Below, piece after piece: positions 42,481 to 56,500 of a stretch of 64,000 bases of DNA. The translations under genes and the position numbers were made by a program. Below the pieces are notes generated by a model that ran no database searches, was not told where the DNA came from, and was given only the letters and a program-made list of their open reading frames with translations. How positions within the stretch are numbered: the stretch's first letter is position 1; every line of letters starts with the position of its first letter. Source of the stretch: Monocercomonoides exilis PA203 (lineage: Eukaryota > Protista > Preaxostyla); the NCBI GenBank assembly GCA_001643675.2, contig LSRY02000020.1, forward strand, positions 310,001 through 374,000, given 5' to 3'.

Positions 42481-42496
42481 TCTCACATTTAATAAG

Positions 42497-43075
<579 letters not shown>

Positions 43076-43099
43076 CTTTTTTTTTGCAAAACAATAAAG

Positions 43100-44000
43100 T
43101 TTGATAGATTAAAAGCAGAAACTGAACAAAAAAATTTCATATTTTTCAAACCCAGAAATGAAACATTTGTGACTTTCCAAATAATAAAAAATAAGCAATA
43201 TTGTTACAAAAATCTTGTTCGAATTTCAAATTTATGAAGACATTTTTGAAGATGCAAAAAACAACCTTCCACTGTGTTGAAATAAACTGATTTATTTTCT
43301 GTAACAACTGAATGTCTTTAATGGAAAAAGTTTTGAGAAAATATCCTTCATCATTCGAACAATTATAGGCTTTCGATTCATCTCTGATATCGATGTGTGA
43401 AGAAAAATGTGCTTTTTGATAGCTGCTTGAAGAGTTTCCTTGTTCCTGTTTGGAACAACCATCATTAAAGATCTTTTGTAACGTTCTTCAGATCTTTCTA
43501 CACCACCAAATATTTAAACTTGCTTTTTCCTTTTTCCTCCGTTGTATTTCCTTTTTCGAAACAACATTTAGTTAATTTCAACCTTTTGCTTCATTTCTCC
43601 TATTTTGATTAGACTTGAATTATACATCGACACAAACTGTTCATCAAATGTTTCAAAAGAAAAAATCTGTGTTTCTGTCCAGATGCAAAAAAAGAAAGTT
43701 TGATTTTTCCTATCCTCCAGCCAAAACAGCAGATATCCATGAGTTTCTGTTTTTCTGCAGAATTTGCCTTTGACAATGTTGTTCCTTTAAATTCTGATGT
43801 AGTTTTCAGGCACTTTTTGCACTTTTGATAATATGCGTTGTCTCTTTTGCACAATTTTTTTTCCTATTTACGGTGTTTTCATTCCCCAGTATCAGGAAGA
43901 AGTCTATGCTCGAAAATCCAATTCCATGTGCTATCCAAATTAGTAAATAAGAAATTCATGTTTGAGATCATGTCTTTTTTTCTGGCATCTTTGACATTTT
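43100..44000 (-). pseudogene. ISXO2/Merlin-type transposase remnant
   Basis: Minus strand: CKR...KCKKC Zn ribbon, RKRKYNGGKRKKQV*IFGGVERS, VVPNRNKETLQAAIKKHI and NTVEG. Confidence 0.8.
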
Positions 44001-45739
44001 TTTTTTAAAGATTTTTGATCTCTCCCATTTTTTGAGAAAAATTATAAAAATTAAAAATTCATAAAAAATCAACAACTCATTTCCGCAAGGTCATGTTTGT
44101 GTGTATGTTATTAACAATTAATAGTAAATCATTCATGAAGGTTTCAAGCAAATTTGAGGTGTTCTCGAATTTTCTGCTTTTGCGAAAGAAATTAAATATA
44201 ATTATAAAAATAAGCTAAAATTATATAAAACTGAAAGAAAATTTTAATAATTAAGAAAAAACATAAACATAAAAATATTTATTCATATTGAACAATGAAA
44301 AAAGGAAAATGAAAGATGAAAGAAAATTGAAGAATTCAATACACATAAGAATTTGTCGTGCATGGAGATGAAATATGACAGTCAAAAACCGGAAAATTTA
44401 TATTATTTATTTAATGGTTTGTGTTTTTCTATTTTTAAATTTTTTGGTCATTCCAGAAAGATAGAAAAGGCAGATTGGTGAGTTATCTGACAAATTTCAA
44501 ATTGTAATAATTTATTGTTGGATTTGTTTTTCAGTTTTTTATAGTCGAGGTTATTTTGAGCTAGTAACACATTAGACAAAAGATTATCCAAATGAATGAC
44601 AAGAATAAAAGTTTTAAGTATTGTTCCCATTGATAAATCAAATTATTATCTTTGAATGGAATTTAATTTTTAAGAAGCTAAAATGGATAGAGTCAGCATT
44701 TTTTAAACACTTTTGTTATCGTTGGTTGAATTTTTAGTCAACAAATCTGCAGAATTAATGAATTAATCGTAATACAGTCGCATTTTGGTCAAGCGTTAAT
44801 AGGGGAGTGTGCATGAAGATATTAAATTCGTTGAAAAAACATATTGAAGTAAAAGGAAAGATAGTCGAAATAGATGATGCTGTCTGGAATCGAAGAAAGC
44901 ATAGAAGGGGAAGAAGAAAAAAGAATATTTGGTTGTGTGTGATGGAGTGGAAAGGCTTGACGGTGGAGGAGCAGGACCTCGATTAAAGATGATTGTCCGC
45001 AACAGAACAAAAGTTACACTACTCATAATTATTCTCGAAAATATTAAGCCTGAAACCATCATCATGAGATATGAGTGGAAGGTGCACGAATATTTGAATA
45101 CATATGGGTATTTTTTTTTGAAAAGTCACAAAATATTAATTGATCTGAAAATCAGATAATAAATGATCAAAAAATGTTGATCATTCCGTTCTTATCATGT
45201 ATTGTCATTTATTTCAATTTGTGGCATATTTGACTAATTATAAATTATTAAGTTTCAATTTGATTCATTTCATATAAACTTTAAGTTCAATTGTTGAATA
45301 TGTATTAGTGTATATCCTTTTAGTTATAGATCGTGATGAACAATAAAATGCAATAATTTTTAACTATTTCAATTCATACGCTTTAAAATACGTCTTATTT
45401 TATTGTTTATTAACTAACTCTCTTTTGCATTATTCAATTTCCAACAAAGGAATGATAAAGCATATTTTTTCTTGTAATACTTATTCATATTTATGATTTT
45501 GAAGAATACAACATTAAAAAGCTTAAAACACACGAATTCATTCAAAGTAGTGCGAATAGTATGCATACACTTTAAAAATGATTCAAATAATCTTTCCATA
45601 AAAAGATTTTTGCATTATTTATTAAAAAATTACTATTTTTTCTCATCTATGAGTTAAAATGATGTTTCAGACACTTTGGCATTAACAGCTTCAAAAGAAT
45701 CTGCATCATAAGCGTACAACATAAAAAGGAAATTTAAAA

Positions 45740-48400
45740 TTATTGTGGATGAGGCGGCTGGCGTGTACGTATATGAAATGCCACTGTTGCAGCCGAGGAA
45801 CGTTGTGGTGTGGTGGGCGATGCTGTTTGGTGGTGCTGTGTGTGTACGATGAGGCGCTTTCGGAGATGCTTTCGGTTCCTCAGGTGGTTCCGCTTCCGTC
45901 GTTTGCACTGTCGGAGGGCACGAAGTCGGGGAGCAAGCGGATCCTTGCGGAGGCAAATGTGAATGCATTACAATCGATCCGCGATCTGTTTGGCATGCTG
46001 TTAGTGCTGCTGCTGTCGCGATGATTGAAGTTGAGGCGTGTGGTAGTGAAGCTGAACGACGAAGTGATGGGGAACTGAGCTGATGTGTTTGACATGGGGG
46101 AGATGATGAGGAAGGTGCTGGAGGAGGTGGGGTCGAGGATGGAGGACAATGTGGTTCAATTACCATCAGTGAATGAACTGGTTATGCTAGAGGAACGAGA
46201 AGAGGTAAAGGTTATCGTTGATGAAGAAAAATTCTTACGGAAGAGAGGGGTGTTAGTTGTCGTTTTATCAGGAAGAGGGTTGACGAGAAGTGTTCTTATC
46301 TTACATGATAGTTAATGAATGACTCGTTCCTTTTGCTAATGTGAAGATTGTGACTGTTCAGTGAGAGCTGAACATGCAGTTGGCCGGAAGCTGTTCAGAA
46401 AAATTGGTAGAATTGTGGAGATAAAGCGGAAGCACAACTCAGAAGAAGTAGCCGGAACTTGAGCCGCGCGATATTTTGGTGCCGTATGAAAAATGGTGCG
46501 AGAGAGAGATGAAGCAGCTAATTGCGGAAAATTTGGTTATCATGTTTTGTATACTTGCTTTGGGGTTCAAGCACAATGAAGAGGAGTATGAGTCCGGTCG
46601 TAGGGTCTTCATCAACCGGGAGGAGTTGTTGTGTCATGCGAACACACATCCACTTTCTCACTCGTATGTAATGCAGTGAAGTTGTATCTTCAGTTGGGAG
46701 GTCTAAACTTCACTCTGTGAAGAAGACGTTGAAAACTGAAGAGGGAATTGAGGCTGCAAAGCAGAGAAGAAAAAGAGCAAGCACCCAACTTGAAGGAGAC
46801 TTTAAGTAACTGCACAACGATAAGGAACGTTCACGTGTTTGGGAATGTGTTTGTGAGGGCGTCTGATGCAGAGACGTTGCTGACGGGGCTGGCAGAGGGT
46901 AAGCAGGTATATGTGCAAACAGCAAATGTGGCGGTATCGTTCATCATTTTGGACAAGAGGCTGAGCCATTTGCAAGAATACATCCATCAAAGGCAGATGT
47001 CAGCTGCGTGACTGCGGAACACGCTGGATGCGCCGCCGGCATTGATGCAGGGGGTAGTAACGCAGGAGATTTGGAGGAAGAAGTGGAGCGCATTCACAGG
47101 GTTCGCAATCTGTGGAGCAGCAGCAAGCAAAGAGACGATGACAAACATGATGGCGAGGAAGAGGAAGAAGATGGTGATGAACGCGGTGATGGGAGAGGGA
47201 ATGGGAGCAGCGCAAAATTAAAAATGAAACATTTCAGACTGGAAGAACATCGATTTTTTGGGGGAGACACCGATTGCTGTGCTGAATGAAGTAGCTGGGG
47301 AAGAAAAGAGGATGTGTGTGGTAATTCCGACAGAGGTGATTACAGGGAAGGGGTAGAGCACTGTGACAGTGATAACATCAGACGATGAGCATATGGTGGC
47401 GAAGGAAATGGGGGTGGACCTGAGTCCATTTCGCAAGAGAAGGAAAACGGAGAAGGAAGGAGAAGAGGAAGAGGAGATAATAAAATCATCAACATCAACA
47501 TCATCATAATGTGAAAGTTCCTATTCAAATAAGAACATGGTTGTTACAGTTTCATTGAAGAAAGCTTATCTTTCACAGAATGTCGCATCGCGGAAGATAA
47601 ACGATCTGTGTAAATCTGCGTATGAAATCTATAGTTGCTTCAGATGAAGAATTCATCTGCTGAAGAGTGTGAAAAAGGCGAAGGAGAAGAAAAATGAGGG
47701 AGTTGTGGAAAAGATGAAAACATTTGAAGAGTGGAGCGATGCTTTTGCGGAGTTGAACAAGATTGTTGATAGAGAAAAAGATGAACACAATGAAGAAGGA
47801 GTTGAGAAGAAAAAGAAGAAAAAGAAGAAGAAGAATTGGGAAAGGAAGAAGAAGAAGAAGAAGAAGAGGAAGGAGAAGGAGAAGAAGAAGAGGAAGGAGA
47901 AGGAGAAGAAGGAGAAGAGGGAAAAGAAGAAGAAGAAATCATAAGTGGAAGAAAAGGTTGAGCAGATGGAGGAGCTTATGACAACAGCATAAACAATGAG
48001 TTGATGAAGATTTTTACGAGTTGTCTAACAGATTGCATCAAATTTCTGGTGCAGAAGCTGTCTGTTTTGCCCCCCGGTCCAATGGCATTCCAGTCGAAGT
48101 TCTTCATTTCTCCACTTACACCAGCAGACTTGCTGAAGAACAGATGAATAAAGCAAACGAGCTGGAAAAGAGAAACGAGGAGGTTGTGAAGAAAAAAGAC
48201 AGCGTGGATGAGGTGACGGAGCAGAAGAGGATGGCAAGAGAAGGGGAAGGCGATGAGAGAAGATATGGATTTTTCGCTTATGAAGAAGCATTGTTGCATT
48301 TTGGATCTTGAAAGAAGGGAGAGAATGTGACTGATTGTTGGTTAATGGGGCAATTGTGCCGTTGGAAAACTATTATTCGGGTATTACGTGCTTTTAAAAT
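45740..48400 (+). pseudogene. Cargo: decayed fragment(s) of an unknown large host gene ('gene X'), paralogous to 57830-59600
   Basis: VLCVYDEALSEMLSV...ANVNALQSIRDLF matches VVCVYDVKLLVMLSV...ADANAFQSIYDLF. GIEAAKQRR matches GIEASRQSR. Many stops. Confidence 0.7.
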
Positions 48401-48899
48401 GTGTTTGCTGGTGAGTGGGGAGATGCTGACGATGCTGTGAGAGTTTATTCAATAATAATTTTCGCAGCTCGTTTCCGCATTTCAGTAAAACGTTGAATCT
48501 TCTTCAACAAGGTACCAAGACGATGAATAAAAACCATCTATTTCCGCTTTGCTTCAAAATGGCCTTTTCCTGAGTAAACATTTGCCTTTTTAATTCGTTG
48601 CATTTGGCTTCTGAAATTTTTTTGGTTCTTGTTTTGAGCACAACTTTTCCTTGTCAAGTCAGGCGGAAGGTGTGCAGTAAAAATGACTCTCTCATCAAAC
48701 ATCTGCTTCATCGAGTGCTTCTTCACTTGTGCTTGAACTCTTTCTTTCGTTGTAATAGAAAGGAATGAAGTTGTTCTTTCAATTCTATTTTATGATCATT
48801 CGAAAATATTTAGCCATTCCATGTTCGTTGATAATTTCAAAAACGACAAAACAGAGGAGATCGTCTAGCCCTGTTCACATTTTCCATCTTTAACATCCC

Positions 48900-49530
48900 A
48901 TTCTGAACATTAATAAGCTCAGTGGTGAACGCTGTTTCTGAAGATTGCTAACTTCCAGATGAAATGTTCAACCTGCTTATTTGCATCTCTCCTGCTCCAC
49001 TTATCTCAAACAGCTTTGAATCACGATTGCTCGGATGTGTTGGATCATGCACAAGGAAAAGGTCATCGACAGTCAACGTGCCTGTTGAGACAGCAAAAAG
49101 AGACAACATTGCTGCTTCTGATTCAGTCTGTATTGTTGTTGTAAAATCTCTTTGACCATATATTGTGAAAATATTGATGTTGCAGTCTACACTTTTTGTC
49201 TCTGAAATCGTACGTGTGAGTATCTCAATATCTGAAACAAATTCTGGAATCAGCTGAGTGTGGCAGCAGATGATCATGTTGCATGGATGAGACTCATTTA
49301 TTCCGCATGCACTTGTGTCTTTGGCGTTTGATTGTGTTTTTGACGAAGAAGCATATCTAATTTTTCCAAAATTGTTTCGTAGCCATCCACTTTGATCAGA
49401 AATTGAATTGTAGAATGCGCTAACTCTGTTTGTTGTCTGTCTTGTTGAATAGCATGTGGAATCAATGTTGTTTGATGTCTAATAATGGAGAGAAATATCA
49501 TGGCCCCCTGTAATGTATGTTTCATTGTGG
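48900..49530 (-). pseudogene. Cargo: fragment of a large beta-rich surface-protein family
   Basis: ORF 48948-49277 (LFAVSTGTLTVDDLFLVH...LFEISGAGEMQISRLNISS) has no ends and is stop-interrupted. The family call is by recognition only. Confidence 0.5.
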
Positions 49531-50297
49531 AAAAAACAGTGGAAATTAAAAAATTTTTAGAAATATTGATTATTATTAATAATTCAGATAAAACCTTCTC
49601 TTCTAATTAAACAACAACTGCATTATAAAAAATATGAAATGAAAACTTGTTCTGTCCGATCTCAACACAATTTCTCTTCTTGAGATGAAGATGAACATAA
49701 TAACTATTCAATTAATTGTCTGAATTATCAAGCCGATAAATAAATTTAAAAACTTAAAATATTTATCGCACTATAAATGTGTTACAAAAAAACACCAGTT
49801 TTGAAAAACAACAAATGCAATTTCAATTGAAAATCAAATTTTTAACTGATCAAAAAATAAAATAAAAAGTATTTTTTTTTGAAATTCGGAAATTTTTTCA
49901 TGAAACAATTGTTCTTGAGATAACAAACACAAATGATATTTTTTGTTTTTTTGCTGATCAATAATGGAAACGGAATATTTCACAATTAACATTCATGGGT
50001 CAAATATTTGATAAGTGGTGACTTTTCATAAAAAAATACCCATATGTATTCGAACATTGCACCTTGTTACATAAAAAAAAATAATGGAACCAGAAACAAA
50101 AGCAAATGAAAAAATGATTAATGATTTGTGGGGTTTGTTGCGAAAAGCATTCCCCCCAGCATGGAGTTTGAAAATCTTTCATTGTGGATAACATTGCCAT
50201 GGTTTTGGTCAATGCATGGAAATAATATAATTTCTTGAAAATTTCGGAATTTGTTTGAGAAAAAGAAATTGAAAATGAAAAAAATAAAAAAGGACAT

Positions 50298-50537
50298 GTC
50301 TAGTTTTTTTTGTAAAGTTCATTTTGTTAAATTTTCAAATAAAATAAAAATGTCATATTTCAATAAATTTTCTGTTCTCTCTCATGAAACTTCACAAAAA
50401 TAGAAATAATACAAATGTCAAGATTTTGTTTTCATGACAGAGAAATTTGGTGAGGGGAAACAGAAATTTGATCGAAATATGAAATTTTTATTTTATTTGA
50501 AAAATAAACAAAAGGAACTTTTCAAAAAAATTTTGAC
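50298..50537. mobile_element. MITE family 1 copy (240 bp)
   Basis: GTC...TTTTGAC with flanks ACAT/ATAT. Arms match 16824-17063. Confidence 0.8.
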
Positions 50538-50980
50538 ATATTGAAAATGATTCAGAAAGTTGCATAAAAGAATCACTAAAAATTGATTATTCAATAAATA
50601 ATGATAATTATGAAGAAGAAACATCCAGTTTTTCATTAAAAGAAGAAGAAATGAAGAAGTTTGAACACTCGAAAATGTTTATACATATTTCTATTTCATT
50701 TTTCTTTATGAATATTTTATTTTTTGATGTTTTTTTTCCATCAGAAACACACTTTCGAATATTGAATAATACACTGATATATAATTCAACGTTATATTAC
50801 GTATTTTGTGAGTTTGTTTTGCATCAATTCTTGCATTCCAAAATTTCCTGCATATGTCAAGTTGTTAATAAGAGATTAGAATAAACTTTTGTTCATTTAT
50901 ATAATTTGTTTGTTGCTTAAGTGAAAAGATATTTTAACAAAGAGGAACATCTTTTTTGAACTTTATTTCATTGTTTATCT

Positions 50981-51233
50981 GGGTTATTGTTTTTGAAATC
51001 ATAACTTTTTCCGTGGTGTTGATTTTTCAAAGTTTTTCTGTTATTTGAAGTGATTTTCTATGTAAATTCCAAATTCAACACATTTGTTCCAAAAACAAAT
51101 GAAAAGCAAAAATAGGCATGTGGATGTCTCTGATAAACCTTATCATTTTGTAGTGTTCATTTGTTAATATAAATAGGATAATTTCAAATCGAAAATTTTG
51201 TGAGAAAAAATGTGAAATCTAAAACAATCACAC
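50981..51233. mobile_element. MITE family 2 copy (TSD ATCT)
   Basis: ATCT|gggttattgtttttgaaatc...aaaacaatcacac|ATCT. Confidence 0.85.
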
Positions 51234-52695
51234 ATCTTAAAAACAAAATTAGAAAAAATGTTCAATTTATTCAATTTTAAATAGCAAAAAATAATCAGAA
51301 CTTTTTGTTATAATCAAAAAGACAAACAAACAAAAACAATTTAAAAAATCAAATATAATAAATATTTCAGATCGATTTTTTTTCTTTTTAGTGATTGCAT
51401 GAATGAACTTTATCTCTTTTCAACGAAATAGAATAGCAAAGTTGGAAGAATCTTAACGTTTGATTAAGAAGAATAATTCACAACGATTGTTTGAAAGTCT
51501 CGAGTGAATGCATAACAATTACTATGCTTTTAAAACTATTTTTGCATTTTATAACAAATTGCAAAAAGGAGTGCAATGGCTTTCAAAATTGATATGTTCA
51601 TTTTTTCCATGTTTCAGACTGTCTGTGACAGGCTGTCTATTTCGTTGTTGTTTGTTATTAATTGAGAAAATGAAAATATTCGTTTATCTTTAAGTTTCTT
51701 CTTTCAACCAAGGATATTTTCCTTTAAAATGTTAATTTGCTCAACATTGCTCAAGTTTCTATCTATCTTTATTTATATATACATTTATTAAAAACAAATA
51801 CTGTAATAATAATAATATCTCTTTTCACTTTTTTGAAAAAATGATGTTCCAAATATCGATTTATCTTAATGGAAATGGGTTATTCATTTTGAAATTGAGA
51901 GAACGTTCAACACTTTGATGTGGTGAATCAAGTGAAACTTTTTCAGCACTTTGAATGTATCTGTAAAATTTATTGAAAAAAATTCTCTTATATTTCCATG
52001 TTCTTGTTTTTAAAACAGTTTCGAAATTAAAAATGAACTCCGGTTATCATAATAATAATAGTTTCATCTCATTCATTGTTTCAATAGTTTATACTGAAAA
52101 AGATAAACTTTTTTAAAAAAAAGAACTTTTTTATTTCAAATTTTATTTTCTGTTTATTCACAAAATTTTCATTCAATTATTTTTATGAAATAATTAAGTT
52201 ATAAAAAATTTTTTGTCGAGAAATTGTTCATGGATTTATTGTTAAATTTCAATCTTTGAACGAAACAAGATTCATGTTTTTTTATATGTTTCTATTTGTT
52301 CCAAATATGTTTGGGTGAAAACTTTAATTCAAAATAAGTTAGAAATTATTCATTCATTCTTTTATTATGGGTTCATCCTTTTATTAACACAAAACTGTTC
52401 AATATTTAAATATTCTAATTTATCAAAAAAATTTGTAATGAAATTCAAACAAATGGTTTGAGCTCACAAGTTAGCAATATAGATATTCGACAAAAAATTT
52501 CATAAGAGAAATGTCTTATAAGTTATCATTATTCCTCGGTCGTGCAGCCTAAACCAATAGAATTATTAATTCTTTTTTCAACTTTTACCAAACCGGAGTA
52601 AGTCGAATGCATTATTTCTCTGATTCTTAACAGATAAAATTTGAAAACAAGTTTGGAAAAAATATTATTGTTTTCTTATGGTTTCCTTAAATTAA

Positions 52696-52733
<38 letters not shown>

Positions 52734-52756
52734 AGATTTTTAATCAAGAAGCAATT

Positions 52757-53959
52757 GGGTCAAATTTTTTAAAAAATGAAAACAGAAATGTGTATTTTGG
52801 CAAAAATAATTAGAAATTTTTTGAACTAGAAACCTGAAAAAAATTCAAATGAATGCATTCGAAAATATTACTATTTAAGAGATTTTAATAAACAGACAGA
52901 TGAATCCACAGAATTATTTGCAAGCTTGGTAACTTAATTTCCAAAATCCGAATTAATGGAAAAAATAAATTTCTTCAACCACAAATAAATAACTGCATAA
53001 CTTCGAATGGTTGTCTTCAGGGATATCACAAATACAAATTAACAGATGTTATGATGAAATAAATCACAGTATTTCTGATGCTTTCAAATATGTTTGTCCA
53101 TTTTTTTAACATGTTCTGAGACAAATGAATGAAAAAAAGAGAAGGCCAATATTCATGGAAAGAGATAACTCATTTGGAGATGTGGAGTGGTTAGTCGATG
53201 CAACTTCAAAACAAGATGAGAAGGCAGATAGGAACTCTCGAGAATCAAAGACTTCTTTGGGATGGAATTCACAAAGTTTGTGGAATTAAAATTCGTGTTT
53301 TTGTTGCTGTTTCTCATCCTTTTTAAGTTTAATTCGCATCTGAAGTGGTCGAAAGGAACGTTCATGATTTTTCTCTATTATAAAGAGATTTTCATTTATA
53401 TGTTGAATACTTGCAGGTTTCAAACGAGGATAGACATTTATATGGCCTGAATGAATTCAATGCTCAATGGAAAATAATGGCTGATCGAGGATATCAGGGG
53501 GTGGTGGAAGGTTTGGAGTTAATAACTCCGATGAAAAATTCCAAAGCCAAAGAAGAAAAGGAATTGAATGCAAGACCTGCAAAAAAACAAGTTCCAGCAG
53601 AATGGTTTTTTGACAGGATGAAACGACTGTGGAAGCAATGTGCTAGCAGATATCGTAATGGGCTGGATGACGCAAAAATTGACATTGAAATAGCTGTGTG
53701 GCTGACAAATCGAAATATTCAGGAAAACGACCTGACAGAAGACGATGGGAAGTTTGAGAAGCAATGCCTAATTTTTAGTCAAGATGAGGTGGAAAGACAA
53801 ACGGAAAAAAGATGCGAATCAAATTTAATTTTCAGGGAGAAAATGAAAAGAAAACTAAAAGCAATGCACGATGAAGAAATGCATATGGAGTATTCAAAAC
53901 AACGGAAAATAGTTGTTGACGAGATCAACAAAGAATCAAATGAAAAAAGAATTAAATAT
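52757..53959 (+). pseudogene. PIF/Harbinger/ISL2EU-like (DDE_Tnp_4) transposase remnant
   Basis: WLVDATS..., KIMADRGYQG...LITPMK...ELNAR....QVPAEWFFDRMKRLW motifs. The 5' part is frameshifted and the 3' end is cut by a MITE at 53960. Confidence 0.75.
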
Positions 53960-54214
53960 GGGTAATTATTTTTGAAATCATAACTTTTTTCGGGGTGTTT
54001 GTTTTTCAAAGGTTATTTGTCACTGAAAAGAGTTTTTGTATTCAAATTGAAAAATTATCACAACTGTATTAAAAATAAATGTTTGTGCTCAAATAAAGAT
54101 GTTGATGTTTTCAATAAACACTTTCATTTTTTTGTGATCTTTTGTTGATATAATAGAAAAAATTTTGTACCGAAAATTCTGTAAGAAAAAATATGTTTAA
54201 AAAAATAATCACCC
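53960..54214. mobile_element. MITE family 2 copy (255 bp)
   Basis: gggtaattatttttgaaatc...aaaaataatcaccc with flanks ATAT/TTAT. Confidence 0.8.
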
Positions 54215-56232
54215 TTATTTATCGATTTGCACTTTTCTTGTTTCGGTTTTATTCATTTGAGCTCGGTTTTCCTCAGTCATGAAGATATCTATGGTATTTT
54301 TTTTGATTCCAAGCTATTCCAGAAATTGTCTCAGAATTTTTATTTCAAAAGAGAAAAGTCTTCAGTTCATATGTTATGAAACCTGAAAAAAAGGCTTTTT
54401 TTTTAAAACTCGTTTATGCATAATGTTCAGATCAAATAGGTTATGATTTTTTGTTAAATTTCTGTTCCAACAAACAAAACTTCGTAAAAAAAAATAAGTT
54501 ATTCCATGATAATGCAATTGAAAACACGAAAGCAAAGTATTGTGAGTAATTACAGTGTCTTTATCAAGAAAAGAAATATTTGTATCTATAAATAATAAAA
54601 CGTTTGAAATTTGTAAAAAAAAGCAAGAAACAGATCACTTTATTTGTAATTATTATTGGATTCATATATTTTCAATCAAGAATTTTGGTTTGAGATTTTT
54701 CTTTGAATATTGATAAAATATGAACGTTGAAAAGTTATATCTTCTTTTTAAAAGATTATTTTTTCAAGGATATTATTTGTAGCATTATTATTAAAAACAA
54801 TTTCGATGCATTTTTCTTTTTAACGATTGATTCCTCTCCAAAGAAATAAAACCTTTGATGAATCCACCCTCCGAATAGTTATTTTTTAAAAAATAATCGC
54901 CCTTATCTTTTCTGTCAAAAAATCTTTCAATAAAATTGTGATAAATAGAGATTTTCCAATAAGCAATGACTTTCATTTCTGTTAAAAATAGATTAATTGA
55001 TAACGAATATCATGAAGAAACGTTTAAAAAAATCTATAAACTTGAAAACCAAACGTTTGCAGATTTTCGTAAAGAATTACTCACATATTTTCCTCCTATT
55101 TAAAAAAAAAACTATTCTTTTCATTATTTATTTCAAATTTATCATATAATTATTATTGATTATTTTAAAACAGAAAACAGAAAGTTGATTGATTTTCCGA
55201 TAAAGCCAATATTTATGAAAGATATCACTTTTTTGGTTTTGAACAATGAATATAGGAGTTTGTTTTATTTTTTTTAGAAGAATGAAAAATGCACTTTAAA
55301 AAAAGTCAATAATCGGAATTATAAGATATAACACTATTTTATTTTTAGATTGGAAAGAACACTAAATAAATATATGAAAAACTGAAAATTGAATAAGGAT
55401 TAATTTCTTTATAAAATAACTTTTTCCTCATGGAACATTGAAAAACAAATAAGTGAAGAAATTGAAAAGAAGCACCATAATAACGGAAGATTATCCAATG
55501 ATGGATTAATAATAAAAATTCAACAAACAGTTGAAAAAAATCCACAATTTCACACCAGAGCGTTGGAAAGGTTAATTAATAATGGAAAAACAATAATAAA
55601 AAGCTCTCTTCACGAGAAATTGCATTTTAATTCATACAACATTTGTTTGTTTCAGTTTTCATTGATGAAGATCAGTAAAAATCTTAAACAAATTGGTTAG
55701 CAATAACTTGAAAAATTGCAAAATTAACAAAAAAAGAATTTTTTATCGCTGATTACTGAAGATATATCTTTTTTTCCAAGAGAAACAATATATAATGTTA
55801 ATAAAGAAATGAAAAAACTGATGTGTCAACCACAGAAAAATGCGCTCATTTTGACATAATTTTTTTGTGTTCAATTTTTATTTCTGTTCATTAGTTATTT
55901 TTTCTTCATATCTTTTAAGAAAAATTTTAAAAAAAAGAATAAAGAATATTTGGTAAATTCTATTTTAGAACCAATATGGAGTATCTGTGACAAGAAATCT
56001 TCAATTTCACCATTAAATTTTAACATTCATTTTTTAAGCGCTCGTTCGCACACAACGACTATATCTATGATTTTTGTGGAGGAGCCTCATTTGAGAATTC
56101 TTCTGCATCCTCCAAGGACTCTTTGTTTTCCTTTATTTGATTTTTTCTTCTTCAACTTAATAAAGCATTCTTTGAATAAGAAAAAGATAAATTTTAAGAA
56201 ATTAAGCTTGAAATTGCAACAAGAGAATAACT

Positions 56233-56500
56233 AGGATAAAATATTTGACTTCAGGCATTTTCATTGAAAAATTATGCACTTTTGATAAGCTTTTTGTGTT
56301 CAAAAAATACAATAAAAATGGGTTCATTTTTTGACATTCAATGAATGTCACAAAACTTTTTGTCATCACATCTGTGATGGCTCTTTGCAAATTAGAAAAA
56401 CAAATAAATTTTGAAATCTCAGATTAATTGATAAAGTTAGAAGTGAATCAATATTTTCATGCTTAGTGCAATAAAAGTTTGAAAGTCGATATATTCCCCC
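56233..56500. mobile_element. MITE family 3 copy (TSD AACT)
   Basis: AACT at 56229-56232 and 56501-56504. Homologous to 14058-14331. Confidence 0.8.

Larger units (their letters stand above)
45106..50041 (+). mobile_element. Pack-type element B (4.9 kb, TSD ATAT) carrying host-gene fragments
   Basis: TIR GGGTATTTTTTT.TGAAAAGTCAC at both ends and ATAT at 45102-45105 and 50042-50045. Both subterminal regions align with element C at identical offsets. Confidence 0.8.
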
